From positions 32,674,001-32,738,000 of the forward strand of contig NC_073384.1 of NCBI RefSeq assembly GCF_028641065.1: a DNA stretch of 64,000 nt, in the 5' to 3' direction. The stretch is from Leucoraja erinacea. Taxonomy: Eukaryota. Every line of letters starts with the position of its first letter. Position 1 is the stretch's first letter. The notes under the pieces are model-generated. The model was not told where the DNA came from and did not search any database. It saw only the letters and a list, made by a program, of their open reading frames with translations. A program made the translations under genes and the position numbers. Shown here one piece after another: positions 1-23,800 of the stretch.

Positions 1-1633
1 GATACTACCATTGATTGATTGATTGAAAGATACATCATGGAAACAGGCCCTACAGCCCAAATCCATGACAACAATCGGTCACCCTGCACACAAGTTCTAT
101 GTTATCCCACTTTCGCATTCACTCGCTACACACTAGGGGTAATTTATAGAGGGCCAATCAACCTACAAACTTTGGGATGTCGCAGGAAATGGGAGCCCCT
201 GGAGGAAACCCATGTGATCAAAAGGAGATCATGCAAACTCCACAGACATCACCCAAGGTCAGGATGGAACCTGGGCCTCTGCCACTGTGACGCAGCAGCT
301 CTACCAACTGTGCCACCCATCGGGAAGAAGGTACAGGAGGCTGAGAGCTGTGACCATCAGGTTAATTCCCTCCTTCCAGTCACTGGAACTGATATTGCCA
401 TCACCCCATCTCTGTAGACATAAGGAACTGCAGATGCTGGTTTGGAAAAAAAGACACAAAGTGTTGAATCACTTAGAAGGTCAGGCAGCATCGCTGGAAA
501 ACAGTACCTCGGTACACGTGACAATCAACTAAGGTGACGTTTTGCGTCATCAAACTGATTGTGTTAGGAAGGAGAAAGCTGTAAGAAGCCAAAGTCTGGC
601 AAATGTTAGGTGGATACAGGGTGCAAATTCAGGACAGAACACGATAGGAGAGCAGCAGGATTTCAGAACATCCTCCTCTGCTGACAGGACTTCTGAGACC
701 CCCCTTTCACTGCTCTCCCCGTGATTCCTGCTGCTCTTCAACTATATTCTGACCTGGACTCACAACAATATACATCTATCTTGCTAGACTTTGATATTCA
801 CAAAGTGTTGGAGGAACTTAGCGGGTCAGGCTGGAGAAAATGAATAGATGAGGTTTCGGTTTAGAACCCTTGCAGTCTGAAGCAGGGTTCTGACCCAAAG
901 TATCACCTATTCTTTTTCTCCAGAGATGCTGCTTGACCCATTGAGTTACTCTAGCATTTTATGTGTCTTTGGTATAAACCAACATCTGCAGTTGCTATAC
1001 TTTGCTAGACTTGCTAGATTTTGTCTTTCACCTTTCTCCACCTCCCAATAGAATCAGACTGAAGAAGGGTATCGACCCAAAACATAATCTATCCATGTTC
1101 ACAAGTTCTAGGAGTGGAAATAGGCCATTTGGCCCATCGAGTCTACTCCACCACTCAATCATGGCTGATCTCTGCCTCCTAATCCCATTTCTTGCCTTCT
1201 TCCCCCACAACCCTTGACGCCCGTTCTCCAGAGATGCTGCCTGACCCACTGAGTTACTCCAGCACTTTGTGTCTTTCTTTGTAAACCAGCATTGCAGTTC
1301 CTTGTACCCACAAAATAGTAGTTGTTGCTGCCTGACCCGCTGAGTTACTCCAGCACTTTGTGCCCCCATCTCTGTCCATTGGAGCTTGCTGTGCACAAAC
1401 TGTCTGCCGCTGCACGCCCTTTCACGCAGGAAGTCCTGCTCTTCAGCTTCAAGTCTTAAACACCAACGAGGCCCCGTGGAGCTCCTGTGGCGACAGAGCC
1501 GATCACCAACAACACAGACACATACACACAACCGCCATCGATCTGCCTTCCCGGAGCCGGCACAGACAGGCACGCCGCGTCCCGGAACTGGTTCCTCCTC
1601 CCGCAGTTCCGGGTCGGGTCAGGCAAGGCGCTG

Positions 1634-1647
1634 GTCGCCATGGAGAC
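1634..1647. promoter_or_regulatory. RFX X-box-like motif GTCGCCATGGAGAC
   Basis: Imperfect palindrome matching the RFX X-box pattern GTYNCCATGGNRAC, about 90 nt upstream of the MORN2 ATG. Confidence 0.55.
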
Positions 1648-1737
1648 GGCCGGCGTCGGCCTCCTCTGCCCCGCGGGCCCGTTGCTTCAGTCGGCGACTG
1701 CGTCACCTCATCAGCGACCGTCCGTCCGTCCGTGGAC

Positions 1738-13033
<11,296 letters not shown>

Positions 13034-13219
13034 TCCACGTCTGCACGGGACCCATTTCTGAATCCATACCATCGAATTATATTTCTGAGTTTTTTATAAA
13101 CATCACTGAGTGTTTTGGTACATTTAAAATAGTGTTGTGCAAAGATGTCCATTCAAATACATACAACATGCACATTTGATTTATTCTAAAACATCTAATG
13201 GGATAGTTCTGTTTATTTT

Positions 13220-13225
13220 AATAAA
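13220..13225 (+). terminator. Candidate polyadenylation signal AATAAA of MORN2
   Basis: AATAAA about 190 nt downstream of the stop codon. Confidence 0.6.
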
Positions 13226-13339
13226 GCATAATAATTAGAACTTTCTAATCATTTGACCAGGATTCAACGGGGAGAGGGGGGGGGGGCTAAGTGGAACGTA
13301 TGCCATAACATGGTGTTGCCCACTTTCCCTCAGACAGGG

Positions 13340-13985
13340 TTTAGGTGTATTATTGCCAAGTGTACCGAGGTACAGTGAAAAGCTTTGTTTTGCATGCTTT
13401 CCAAAGAGATCAGATAATACATCAATACAATCGAGTCAGACGCAAGTTCAACAGATAGAGCTAAGAGGAAGATACAGAGTGCAGAATATAGACCTCAGCA
13501 TTGTAGTGCATCAGTTCCAGAGACAGTCCAATGTCCGTTCTGAAGCCTGATAACAGAGGGAAGAAGCTGTTCTTGGGTCTGGTGATGCGCACTTTCAATT
13601 TCTGTACCTTCTCAAGTTCAAGTTCACATTTATTGTCACATGCACCAATTGGTACAGCGAAATTGTTGGACCATTGCCATCTGCCTGACGGAAGCAGGAA
13701 AAAGAAGGAATGACCGGGATGGGACACGTCTTTGATTACGTTGGCTGCTTTCCTGAGACAGCGTGAAGTGTAGATGGTCAATAAAGGGATGGAGTCAATA
13801 AGAGTCAATACGGGGAATTCTAACCTGTGCGATGGACTGGGCTACATCTACAACTCTCTGCAATATCTTGCGGACTTGGGCAAAGCTGTTCCCAAACCAA
13901 GTTGTGATGCAATCCGACAGGATGCTTTCTATGGTGCATCTGTAGAGGTATGTAAGAGACATTGGAAGCATGCCAAATTTCCTCT
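13340..13985 (-). mobile_element. Rex1/Babar 3' fragment
   Basis: Peptide IYTSRCLRKAANVIKDVSHPGHSFFFLLPSGR..KNSFFP. Confidence 0.75.
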
Positions 13986-14794
13986 AGTACTGCAAGGTTG
14001 CACCATGCTGTGGCAGTCAAAAGTCAAGCGTAGTCACAAAGTGCTGCAGTAATTCAGCAGGTCAGGCAGCATCTCTGCAGAACATGGATAGGTGACGTTT
14101 AGGGTGGAGACCCATCTTCAGATCCAAAACGTCACCTATCCATGTTCTCCAGAGATGCTGCTTAACCCACTGAGTTACTCCAGCACTTTGTATGTTTTTT
14201 GTGAACCAGCATCTACAGTTCCTTATGTCTCCAAATGTCAAGATTAGTTGCCACGTGCAGTGACAACAAAACAATTAAATTCATTCTTGCAGCTGCTTAG
14301 CAACCCTGTAATTAAACACAGTACACATAGATAATATATAATAAACAAAAAATCCATAAACAAAAACACACAATACTAGTGCAAAAAAAAACCTGTGTCC
14401 TTAGTGCAACCACATGGTAAGATGTATAATTCACCAAGATCTTGATCAATGAAGTAACTTAGGCCTCTTAATGGAGAAGAGCAAAAAGAGAGAGAGGGAG
14501 GGAGTTTTGGCTCAAAGAAGTCAAAGGACACAGGGGCCTAAGGTGAAATGATGAAATGCAGAAAAAGTGTAGACTATCCGGGATCTCTGCAATCTTTCCT
14601 TACAATACATTTCCTCCATTCCCCGCATATCCATGTGGCTACCCAAAAGCCTCTTAAACTACCGTATTTGCCTCCACAACCACTGTGGGCAGTGCGTTCC
14701 AGGCACGGACCACTAACATCCATTGTACACAACATTTGCACAACCTTGCATGTTTTCCAGCAAACTGCTTAGGAAGCTGGGATGGAAAATTAAA

Positions 14795-15470
14795 AAAAAA
14801 TATATTTTTATTAGAAGCAAACACATATTATGGTAAAAACATTTCATGTATATCAGTCGTACATTATTAATATCAGTTGTGGATTGATTCTGCCTCTAGT
14901 TGTTTCTTTATAGATAGGGAGTAAGAGAGAAAGAAAAAAAACAAAAAACAAATGGCATGATAAAAAAAGAATGGAATAATTTACTAATAATACATCATTG
15001 GAGATAAGTTCGTAAATGATAAAGTATAACTTTTCATCTAATCCTGAGTTCAAGCTTCAGTTAGGTTCCTGTGCTGAACCAATCTACCCCTTCAAATAGT
15101 CAATGAATGGAGCCCATATTCTGACAAAAAGTTCTTGTTTGTCCATTAAGACAAGTCTAATTCTTTCCAAGTGTAGGGTCGCCGACATTTCCATGATCCA
15201 CATTTTAATTGTGGGGGTAATAGGGGCTTTCCAAAATTTTAATATGAATGTTTTCCAAGTTATTATACTATAGTCGAGAAAGTTTATTTGGCTTGTTGTG
15301 AGTGTTAGACTTTGTTCTGATATTCCTAGTATTATTAGTTTTGAGTCGGGATCCAATTTGGTATTGACAACTTCAGAAATTATTCTAAAAATATCAATCC
15401 AGAAATGTTTGATTTTTATACAATTTACAAAAGTATGCCATTCTTTACAAAAGGATGGTAAAATTTTAAT
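14795..15470 (-). mobile_element. L1 LINE 3' fragment (ORF2 C-terminus + 3' UTR)
   Basis: Peptide ILKFWKAPITPTIKMWIMEMSATLHLERIR...FVRIWAPFIDYL* is typical of fish L1 ORF2 ends. Confidence 0.75.
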
Positions 15471-16222
15471 CCTGAATGTTGTTGTTCCTGCATCAACAAC
15501 TTCCTCTGGCAGCTCATTCCATATGTGTGCAAAAGTTGCCCTTAGATCTCATGCAGAAGCAGAGATGATTAATTTAACTTGGTACCGTGTTCACATGGAC
15601 ATTGTGGGCCTGTTCCTGTGTTGTATTGTTCAATGTTCTATGTTCAATAAAAATAAGGATTAAATTGGCTTTAGTGTGAATGGGATATTGATGGTCGGTG
15701 CAGACTCAGTGTATTGAAGAGTGTGTTTTGTGTTCTGTTTTGCTGTGACACTATGACTACCACATTTCTGATAATTTAACATGAACAATTCCACAGCAGA
15801 CTTGTTAAGTTGCTTTAATGGCTGAAAAAGCCTTTCGGACCATGAAAATGTATGATACAAAAGGCACTCTGTTGATAATAGTTACTCTGGCATCTGAACT
15901 CTGCTTACAGTCTCACGAATTGTCAGACACAAGATACTAACTTCCTTTTTCAAGTCCATGACCAATTTCTGACATGAAAAATATCCAGTAAACAACTAGC
16001 ATTCGCATAACACAGAGCCACTTGTTTCGAGAAACTTCAAGTAGAGTCGTCATTTAAAAGTCCTGCAAGATTCAACACAGACTGAAAGAAGATCGAGTTG
16101 CCTGTAAGTTTAATTTACAAACTTTTCAATGTTTGAAGCATAGGTATACTTGTCAAAAGAATTTAAATCTTCTGCTAAAAGTTCTCGATTAAATGTTTTA
16201 TTCCGTTATTTTCCTTGATACC

Positions 16223-16535
16223 GGGCAGCACAGTGGCGCTTCTGGTAGAGCCACTGCCTCACAGCGCTAGAGACCCAGGTTTGCAAGATAGAGACCCTGT
16301 CTGTAAGGAGTTTGCACATTCTCCCTGTGACCACTTGGGATTTCTATGGGTACTCCGGTTTCCTCCCACATCCTGAAGACGTGTAGGTTTGTAGGTTAAC
16401 TGCCCCTGTAAACTTGTCCCCAGTGTGTAGGGAGTGGATGAGAAAGTGGGATAACATGGAAACAGTGTGAACGGGTGATCGATGGTCAGTGTGGACAGTG
16501 GGTTGGAGGGCCTGTTTTCCATGCTGTATCTCTCA
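16223..16535 (+). mobile_element. HE1-like V-SINE copy
   Basis: tRNA-like head, V-domain and CR1-like tail as for 2333-2622. Confidence 0.8.
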
Positions 16536-17119
16536 ATGAATCAATGGAATATGTTGATTGTCCTTTCACAGTTCAAATTCCTGGCTAGTAAGGGTCTCTT
16601 TTATTTTCTGACTTTGATTTGAGACTTCTGTTGAACTAATAGCCACTCACAGTTAATTGAGCACGTCACATGTATACTATTAAGAGTTATTGTTAAACAC
16701 CTTGGAATTGTAGACGCAAAGATCTGCAGATGCTGGTTTACAAAAAAGTCAAAGCGCTGGAGTAACTCAGGAGACAGGCAGTATCTTTACATTGCAGACT
16801 TTGGAGATACAGTGTGGAAACAGGCCCTTTAGCCCATCAAGTCCACACCAACCAGCAATCACCCCACACTATCCTACGCACTCAGAACAATTTACAATTT
16901 TACCAAAACCAATTAACCTACGACCCTGTACTTCTTTGGAGTGTGGGAGGAAATCAGAGCACCCAGAAAAAACCCCATGCAATCACTGGTAGAGTGTACA
17001 AACTCTGTGCAGACAGTACCTATAGTCAGGTTTGAACCTGGGTCACTGGCACTGTAAGGCAGCAAGACTACCGCTGCGCTACTGTGCCGCCCGCCTTTAT
17101 GGATTCATATCCTCCCAAG

Positions 17120-19085
17120 ATGAATGAATGAATAGGTTTATTGGCCAAGTATATTTACATACCAGGAATTTGCCTTGGTGCTCCGCCCGCAGTTGACAAC
17201 ATGACATAGAGTGACAGTTAGGAATGGCACATAAAACATTAAACATTGATAAAAAAACATTATCGATTAAACATGTGAATTAAATAAAATACCAGAGCAA
17301 AAGGTGGCTACAGATTTTTGGTTATTGAGAAGAGCTACTACTCGTGGAAAAAAGCTGTTTCTAGGTCTGGCAGTGGCAGCTTTGACAGCCCGGAGTCGCC
17401 TTCCAGATGGAAGTGATTCAAAGAGTTTGTGACCAGGGTGAGGGGGTCAGAGATGATCTTACCCACTCGCTTCCTGGCCCTTGCAGTGTACAGTTCGTCA
17501 ATGGAGGGAATGTTGCAGCCAACAACCTTCTCAGCTGATCGGACGATTTGCTGCAGCCTCCGGATGTCGTGCTTGGTGGCTGAGCCAAACCAGACCATGA
17601 TGGAGAAGGTGAGGACAGACTCTACGATGGCTGTATAGAATTGGACCATCATTGCCTGTGGCAGATTGTGTATCCTCAGCTGCCGCAGGAAGTACATCCT
17701 CTGTTGTGCCTTTTTGACTGTGGAGTCGATGATGGCTCCCCATTTAAGGTCCTTGTAGATGGTGGTTCCCAGGAACTTAAAAGACTCCACAGATGTGACT
17801 GTGGTGTTGTTAATGGTGAGTGGGGTGAGGGGAGGGGGAGCTCTCTTAAAGTCTACAATCAATTCCACTATCTTACAAGCATTGAGCTCCAGGTTGTTGT
17901 GATGGCACCAGGACACCAGCTGTGTCACTTCCTGTTTGTAGGCAGATTCCTCCCCATCCTAGATCAGTCCAATCAGGGTTGTGTCGTCCGCAAACTTGAG
18001 AAGCTTGACAGAGGAGTCAGTGGAGGTGCAGTCATTGGTGTAGAGAGAGTAGAGGAGTGGGGAGAGTAGGCAGCCTTGCGGTGCTCCTATGCTGAGGGTC
18101 TGTGGATCTGAGATGTGCTTTCCCAGCCTCACATGCTGCTTCCTGTCTGTCAGGAAGCTGGTGACCCACCGACAGAGGGGTTCAGGCACAGTCAACTTGG
18201 AAAGTTTGGAGTGTAGTAGCTCTGGCATAATGGTGTTGGATGCAGAGCTAAAATCAACAAACAAAATCCTCGGATAGGTCCCCTGGTGGTCTGAGTGCTG
18301 GAGGATGAAGTGCAGGCCCAGGTTGACTGCATCATCCACAGATCTACTGCAGAGGGTCCAGCAGGGGATTCATGATATTTTTAAGCTTGGCCAGCACAAG
18401 CCTTTCAAGGGTCTTCATGACTACAGAGGTCAGTGTGTGACAGGCCTGTAGTCATTAAGACCAGTAATCCATGCCTTTTAGGGTACAGGGACAATAGTGG
18501 AGACTTTGAAGCAGGCAGGGACAGTACAGGTTTGCAGGAACTGGTTGAAAATGTCTGTGTAGACATGTCTGTGCCAGTTGTTCGGCATAGAGCTTGAGAG
18601 GAGAGCGGGCTATGAAACATTGTTCAGTCCTGGAGCTTCTCTGTCTTCTGAACAGCCTCTCCACCTGCTCTATTTTTATTGTTGATGATGAAAAAGTGGC
18701 CAGATTGATGTTGGGCAGCACGGAGGGAGTGGGTAGTGGACGAGGCCGCAGTCTTTTGCAGTCAGGCTGTAATTGGGTGTTAAGTGGTGATTGGAGAGGG
18801 GGGGGTGGGTGGGAAAGGGTCCAGTCTGTTCAGACTGGAATCTTGCTTTAAGTAGGGGTGAAGTAGTGATTGGGGAGGACTGGGTGTAGAAGGTGGGGGG
18901 GTGGTGGTGGGGGCTAAGTTTCTGTGTGTCAAACCTGCAGTAGAACTCATTCAAGTCATTGGTCAGGTGACGATTGTCCAAAGAGCGGGGGACTTTCCTC
19001 TTGTAGCTGGTGATTTCTCGCAAGCCCTTCCAAACTGAAGAAGAGTCACTAGCTGAGAACTTGCTCCTCAACTTCTCAGAGTATG
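17120..19085 (-). mobile_element. Rex1/Babar LINE, about 2 kb 5'-truncated copy
   Basis: ORF pieces ILFVDFSSASNT, GAPQGCLLSPLLYSLYTNDC, KFADDTTLIGLI, KKAQQRMYFLRQLR, FYTAIVESVLTFSIMVW; (TTCA)n tail near 17120-17132. Confidence 0.9.
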
Positions 19086-20871
19086 CTGCTTGACCTACTG
19101 AGTTACCCCAGCACATTGTGCCAGTTTTGGAAATGAAGAATTAGATACTAGAGAATTAGAAAATTTTCACTGACACTGGAAGTCGAGTATGGTTGTTGCA
19201 TTTCGTTGTCTCTGTACTGTACACTGACAATGACAATTAAAATTGAATCTGAATCTGAATCTGATGGTTGTCCTCATGGTGGGTCATATCTGTGAGTCTT
19301 GAGATGGTTGATGAGGCCAATCTTAGACTAATGGACTGTAGTGTGGGCATAGATGAGTGATACAGGTGGTGGGATGTGGTTGGACCTTCCTGGTGTACAA
19401 TCTCTCCTTCTGTTGCTTGCGTTGTGTTTTACAGCCTGTCGGAGGTCCTCTTCATGGGTCCCATGGAAGGGAAATGTCCTCTGTCCATTTTCCTCCACAG
19501 ATGGTGCCTGACCCACTGAATTACTCCAGCACTTTGTGTAATATGAACAGACATTTACATTTACAACAACAACTGCTGCTTCACAGTGCCAGAGACCCAG
19601 GTTCGATCCTGACCTCAGGTGCCATCTGTGTGGAGTTTGCACATTCTCATTGTGACCGCGAGGGTTTCTTTTGGGTGCTCTGGTTTCCTCCCATATTCCA
19701 AGAGGACCAAATTCTTCACTCTGTATCTTCCCCTTTGCCGACCAATTCACCTCTACACCATTGAGGACGTTGGACTTTGTCTCTGGAACTGATGCGCTAC
19801 AATGCTGAGAACTATATTCTGCACTCTGTATCTTCTTCTTTGTTCTTTCTCCTTTGTTCTACCTATTTTACTTGAATTTGACTTGATTGTATTTATGTAT
19901 GGTATTATCTGATATGATTGGATAGCATACAAAACAGAGCTGTTCACTTTGATTTTAGGTGTTGAGATTTATTGTGGAGGAGGTGCTGTCATTATCCTTA
20001 TTGATTGAGGTTCTGTGGGTCAGAAAATTGAGAATCCAGTGGCAGAGAGGAGAGCTGATTTCTAGGTCCAGCAGTTTGAACCTATTTGATATTTCCAAAT
20101 TCGTTCTTACCTTTATGTGCTAGGTACCAGTTATCATTTCCATTCTGGTACTTTCACTACTCGAGACATTCTGTGTGTGTCGACATCTTATCATCTGATC
20201 TAAAATTGTTAGGGAATGAGTGAAATGTAAGATGGTATAAATCTGGTGTAAATAGAAAACATGTCAGTATTTGAAAGATCAAAAGGGGACATAGTGCTGG
20301 AGTAGCTCAGCTGGTCTGGCAGCATCTCAGTACCTCGGTTGTCTGACAAAAATAATCCTGAGCATAAGACATGTGGGTTTGCAGGTTAATTGGCCTCTAT
20401 AGAAACATAGAAACAGAAAATAGGTGCAGGAGTAGGCCATTCGGCCCTTTGAGCCAGCACCGCCATTCAATATGATCATGGCTGATCATCCAAAATCTGT
20501 ACCCCATTCCTGCTTTCTCCCTATATCCCTTGATTCTGTCAGCACTAAATTCCCCTAGTGTGTAGGGAGTGGATGAGAAAGTGGGTTAACATAGACGTAC
20601 TGTAAACGGGTGATCGATGGTCGGCGTGGACGGCTTCCATACCGTTGTATGTATTTAAAAAAAAGACTAATTGGGCAGCTTTCCATTCTGTCTCCAGGGG
20701 AAAGCAGAGCTTTGTACATGCAAGCCTTGTTCTAGCCTCACATGCGTGGTGGGAAACAACCTGATCTTTACAACAGGCACACAACGACCTTTTATTTACT
20801 GGGCCACAGGACAGCTGAGGACTTTGGAACCATCTTGAAGGAGACTGGCTTAACAACTAAAGAAATAACCG

Positions 20872-20890
20872 ATGGAGAAAAATACTGAAG
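20872..20890 (+). CDS. ARHGEF33: ARHGEF33 first coding exon (MEKNTE), GC donor
   Basis: CCGATGG start; AG|GCAAGT donor needed for phase 1; upstream acceptor at 20696-20697 suggests a 5' UTR part from 20698. Confidence 0.7.
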
Positions 20891-23800
20891 GCAAGTGAGA
20901 GACAAGCATCCATTGCTGATAAACTCAGACTAATGTTTTATAAGTAAGTGTGCTACAAATTACTGGAGCAAACCACAAAGTGCTGGAGTAACTCAGCGGG
21001 TCAGGCAGCATCTGTGGAAAGACGCCTAGATTTCGAGGCCCTAGGCTTCAGCCTATGAAGCCTAGTGGTAAATCCGGCTCTGCGAGGCCCCCCTAAATCT
21101 CGAGGCCCTAAGCTTAAACTTGTCAAGCTTATACGGAAATCTGGCCCTGGACCTCCCCTTTACCCCATTGGAGACCTTCAAACTATCTTTAATTGGACTT
21201 TACTGGACTTTTTCTTGCACTAAACGTAATTCCCTTTATCCTGTGTTTGTACACTGGACAGCTTGATTGTAATCATGCATACTCTTTCTGCTGACTGGAT
21301 AGCATGCAACTAAAAGCTTTTCACTGTACCTCGGTACACATGACAATAATAAACAAAACTAAAAAATGTTTCATTGGATCTGCTTCCACCACCTCAATAA
21401 GCAGTGTATTCTGAATCTGATCTGAATCTGAATCTGAATCTCAATCTGAATCTGAATCTGATTCCAGTTCAGAGCAAGTCCAGCTCCCTCCACAATGTTT
21501 GAAGATACCTTATGTCTGATGTTTTGTTACTGAATCTGTAACATCAGATTGAAGCTTCTTGGACAATTCCACTATATTTTCTTTACAGAAATCAAAGCCA
21601 CTGATGAGTCCGATTTAGCCTTACAGATTTCACAGGTAAGTGTTCTTATGTTTTTTTTTTTAAGTATAGTTTTTTTATTATGTATCTAGAGATCTGGCGC
21701 TCATGCCTTCCGTTCACTGAAAGCTCACAGGGCCAGTCTTGATGCCTCTCAGTGCCAGATACCCAGTTTGAACCTGACCTCGGGTGCTGTCTGTGTGCAG
21801 TTCGCACGTTCTCACTGTGACAGTGTGAGTTTGCTCCAAGTGCTCTGATTTCCTTCCACATCCCAAAGAAGTGCAGGTTTGTAGGTTAATTGGTCTCTGT
21901 AAACTGCGTAGGGAGTGGATGTAAAAGTGTGATAACAGTGAGAATGGGTTATCGATGGTGTGCATGGGCCCAGTAGACCGAAGGGTAGTGGCGGACTGGC
22001 CAGGGTGTCAGCTTGCCCGATGGCAAGTGGGCCCCTGATGAAATGATAGCAAGTGATGGCAAGTGGGCCCCTGTTAAATGATAGCATTGTAGTTGTGGGT
22101 GGGCCCCCTTTGTCTCCTGGCAACCAATATTTTTAGACCCAGTCCGCCACTGCTGAAGGGTCATTTTAATGCTGTATCTCTAAACTAAACTCTCTCTAAA
22201 CTGAACTATATCCTGTACTCTATATCTTCCCCTTTGCTCTAACTATTGAACGAGTTTGACTCAATTGATCTATTAGTATTACCTGATCTGATTGGATAGC
22301 ATACAAGACAAAGCTTTTCACTGTAACTCAGTACAGGTGACAATAATAAATCTAAAGTTTGATCTGTAAGATATTCCCCGTCTCACCTTCCCAGTTGCAG
22401 GCCTTGGCAGCTGAACTGAAGGTGACATTCGCAGGCACCTTGCAGGTGCTGACCAGAGTTGAGGACATTAACATCTCCCTGGAGGAAAGAGTTCGGACTT
22501 GTGGACGGGAGTGGCAAGAACAGCTGAAGCACCTGAAAGAGAAAGTCATCATTTTTAAGGTGCAAACTCAATTCTGTCCCGCCTACACCTCTCTTCCAGC
22601 TTTCTCTCCCCCCCCCCCCCCCCCCCAATAATCAGTCTGAAGAAGGGTCCCGACCCAAATCGTCGCCTATCAACGTTCTCCAGAGATGCATCCTGACCCA
22701 CTGAGTTACACCAGCACTTTGTGTCTTTTTTGTAAACCAACATCTGTAGTTCCTTGTTTCTCTCTTCACTCTTGGATTCGTTCCTGCATGTTTTATTAGA
22801 CAATACATTTTATTGTACCTGTATCTCACCTGATGATAATAAACTTGAACTTGGATCTGTTTGACTATTGGGGTAGGAGCAGAGAAAGGCTGTTTAAATG
22901 CCATGCCCACTTCACTAACGAGTATTTTGTCTTTGTAGATCCCTTTCCTACTGTTTTACCCTTCGATGACCTTGCATATTACAATGGAATTCACTATTTC
23001 AATTTTATTTTGAGGCACTCTCAGGAAACTCACTTTCTAACTCACAGTCAGCAAGATAGGCAGCAAAGTCTGATCTGTCCACATGGTTTTGAACACAGGG
23101 TCGTTCATAATGTAATCAGGATACAGGAACAATCACACATTTATTTTTCTACTGTTCATTTGTGAAAAGTTCTTGAAATAATCATTATTCAGGCTGAATT
23201 GCCAGAGTTGTTGTTATCGGGACATAGGAAGGAACCGGGAGTGAACCATTCAGCCTCCAGCGCTCTCCGCCTTAGAATTAGATCATGATTTAATCCTGTT
23301 CCTCGGCTGTGAAGCAACAGCTGAAATCGAGCCACACTCACCCGTGGTGAATAAATTGAGGATTGAGTGACAGGAGAAAGTGTAGAGAGAAAGTCATTAA
23401 ACTGGAAAGTGTGCAGAAGAGATTCACCAGGAAGGACACAAAGTGCTAGAGTAACTCAGTAGGTCAGACTGCATCTCTGGAGAACATGGAGAGGTGACGT
23501 TTTGGGTTAGGACCCTTCTTCAAACCATCTATATCCACCTATCCATGTTCTCCAGAAATGCTGCCTGACCTACTGTGTTACTCCAGCACTTTGTGTCCTT
23601 TTTTTAGCAAACCAGCGCTGCGGTTTCTTGTTTTTACAAATTCACTAGGATGTTACAGAGATTTTAGTCACAGCGGTAGAGTTGCTGCCTTCCAGCGTCA
23701 GAGACCCGGGTTCAATCCTGACCTTGGGTGCTGTCTGTATGGAGTTTGTGTGTTCTCCCTGTGACTGGGATTTTCTCCGGATGCTCTTGTTTCCTCCGAC

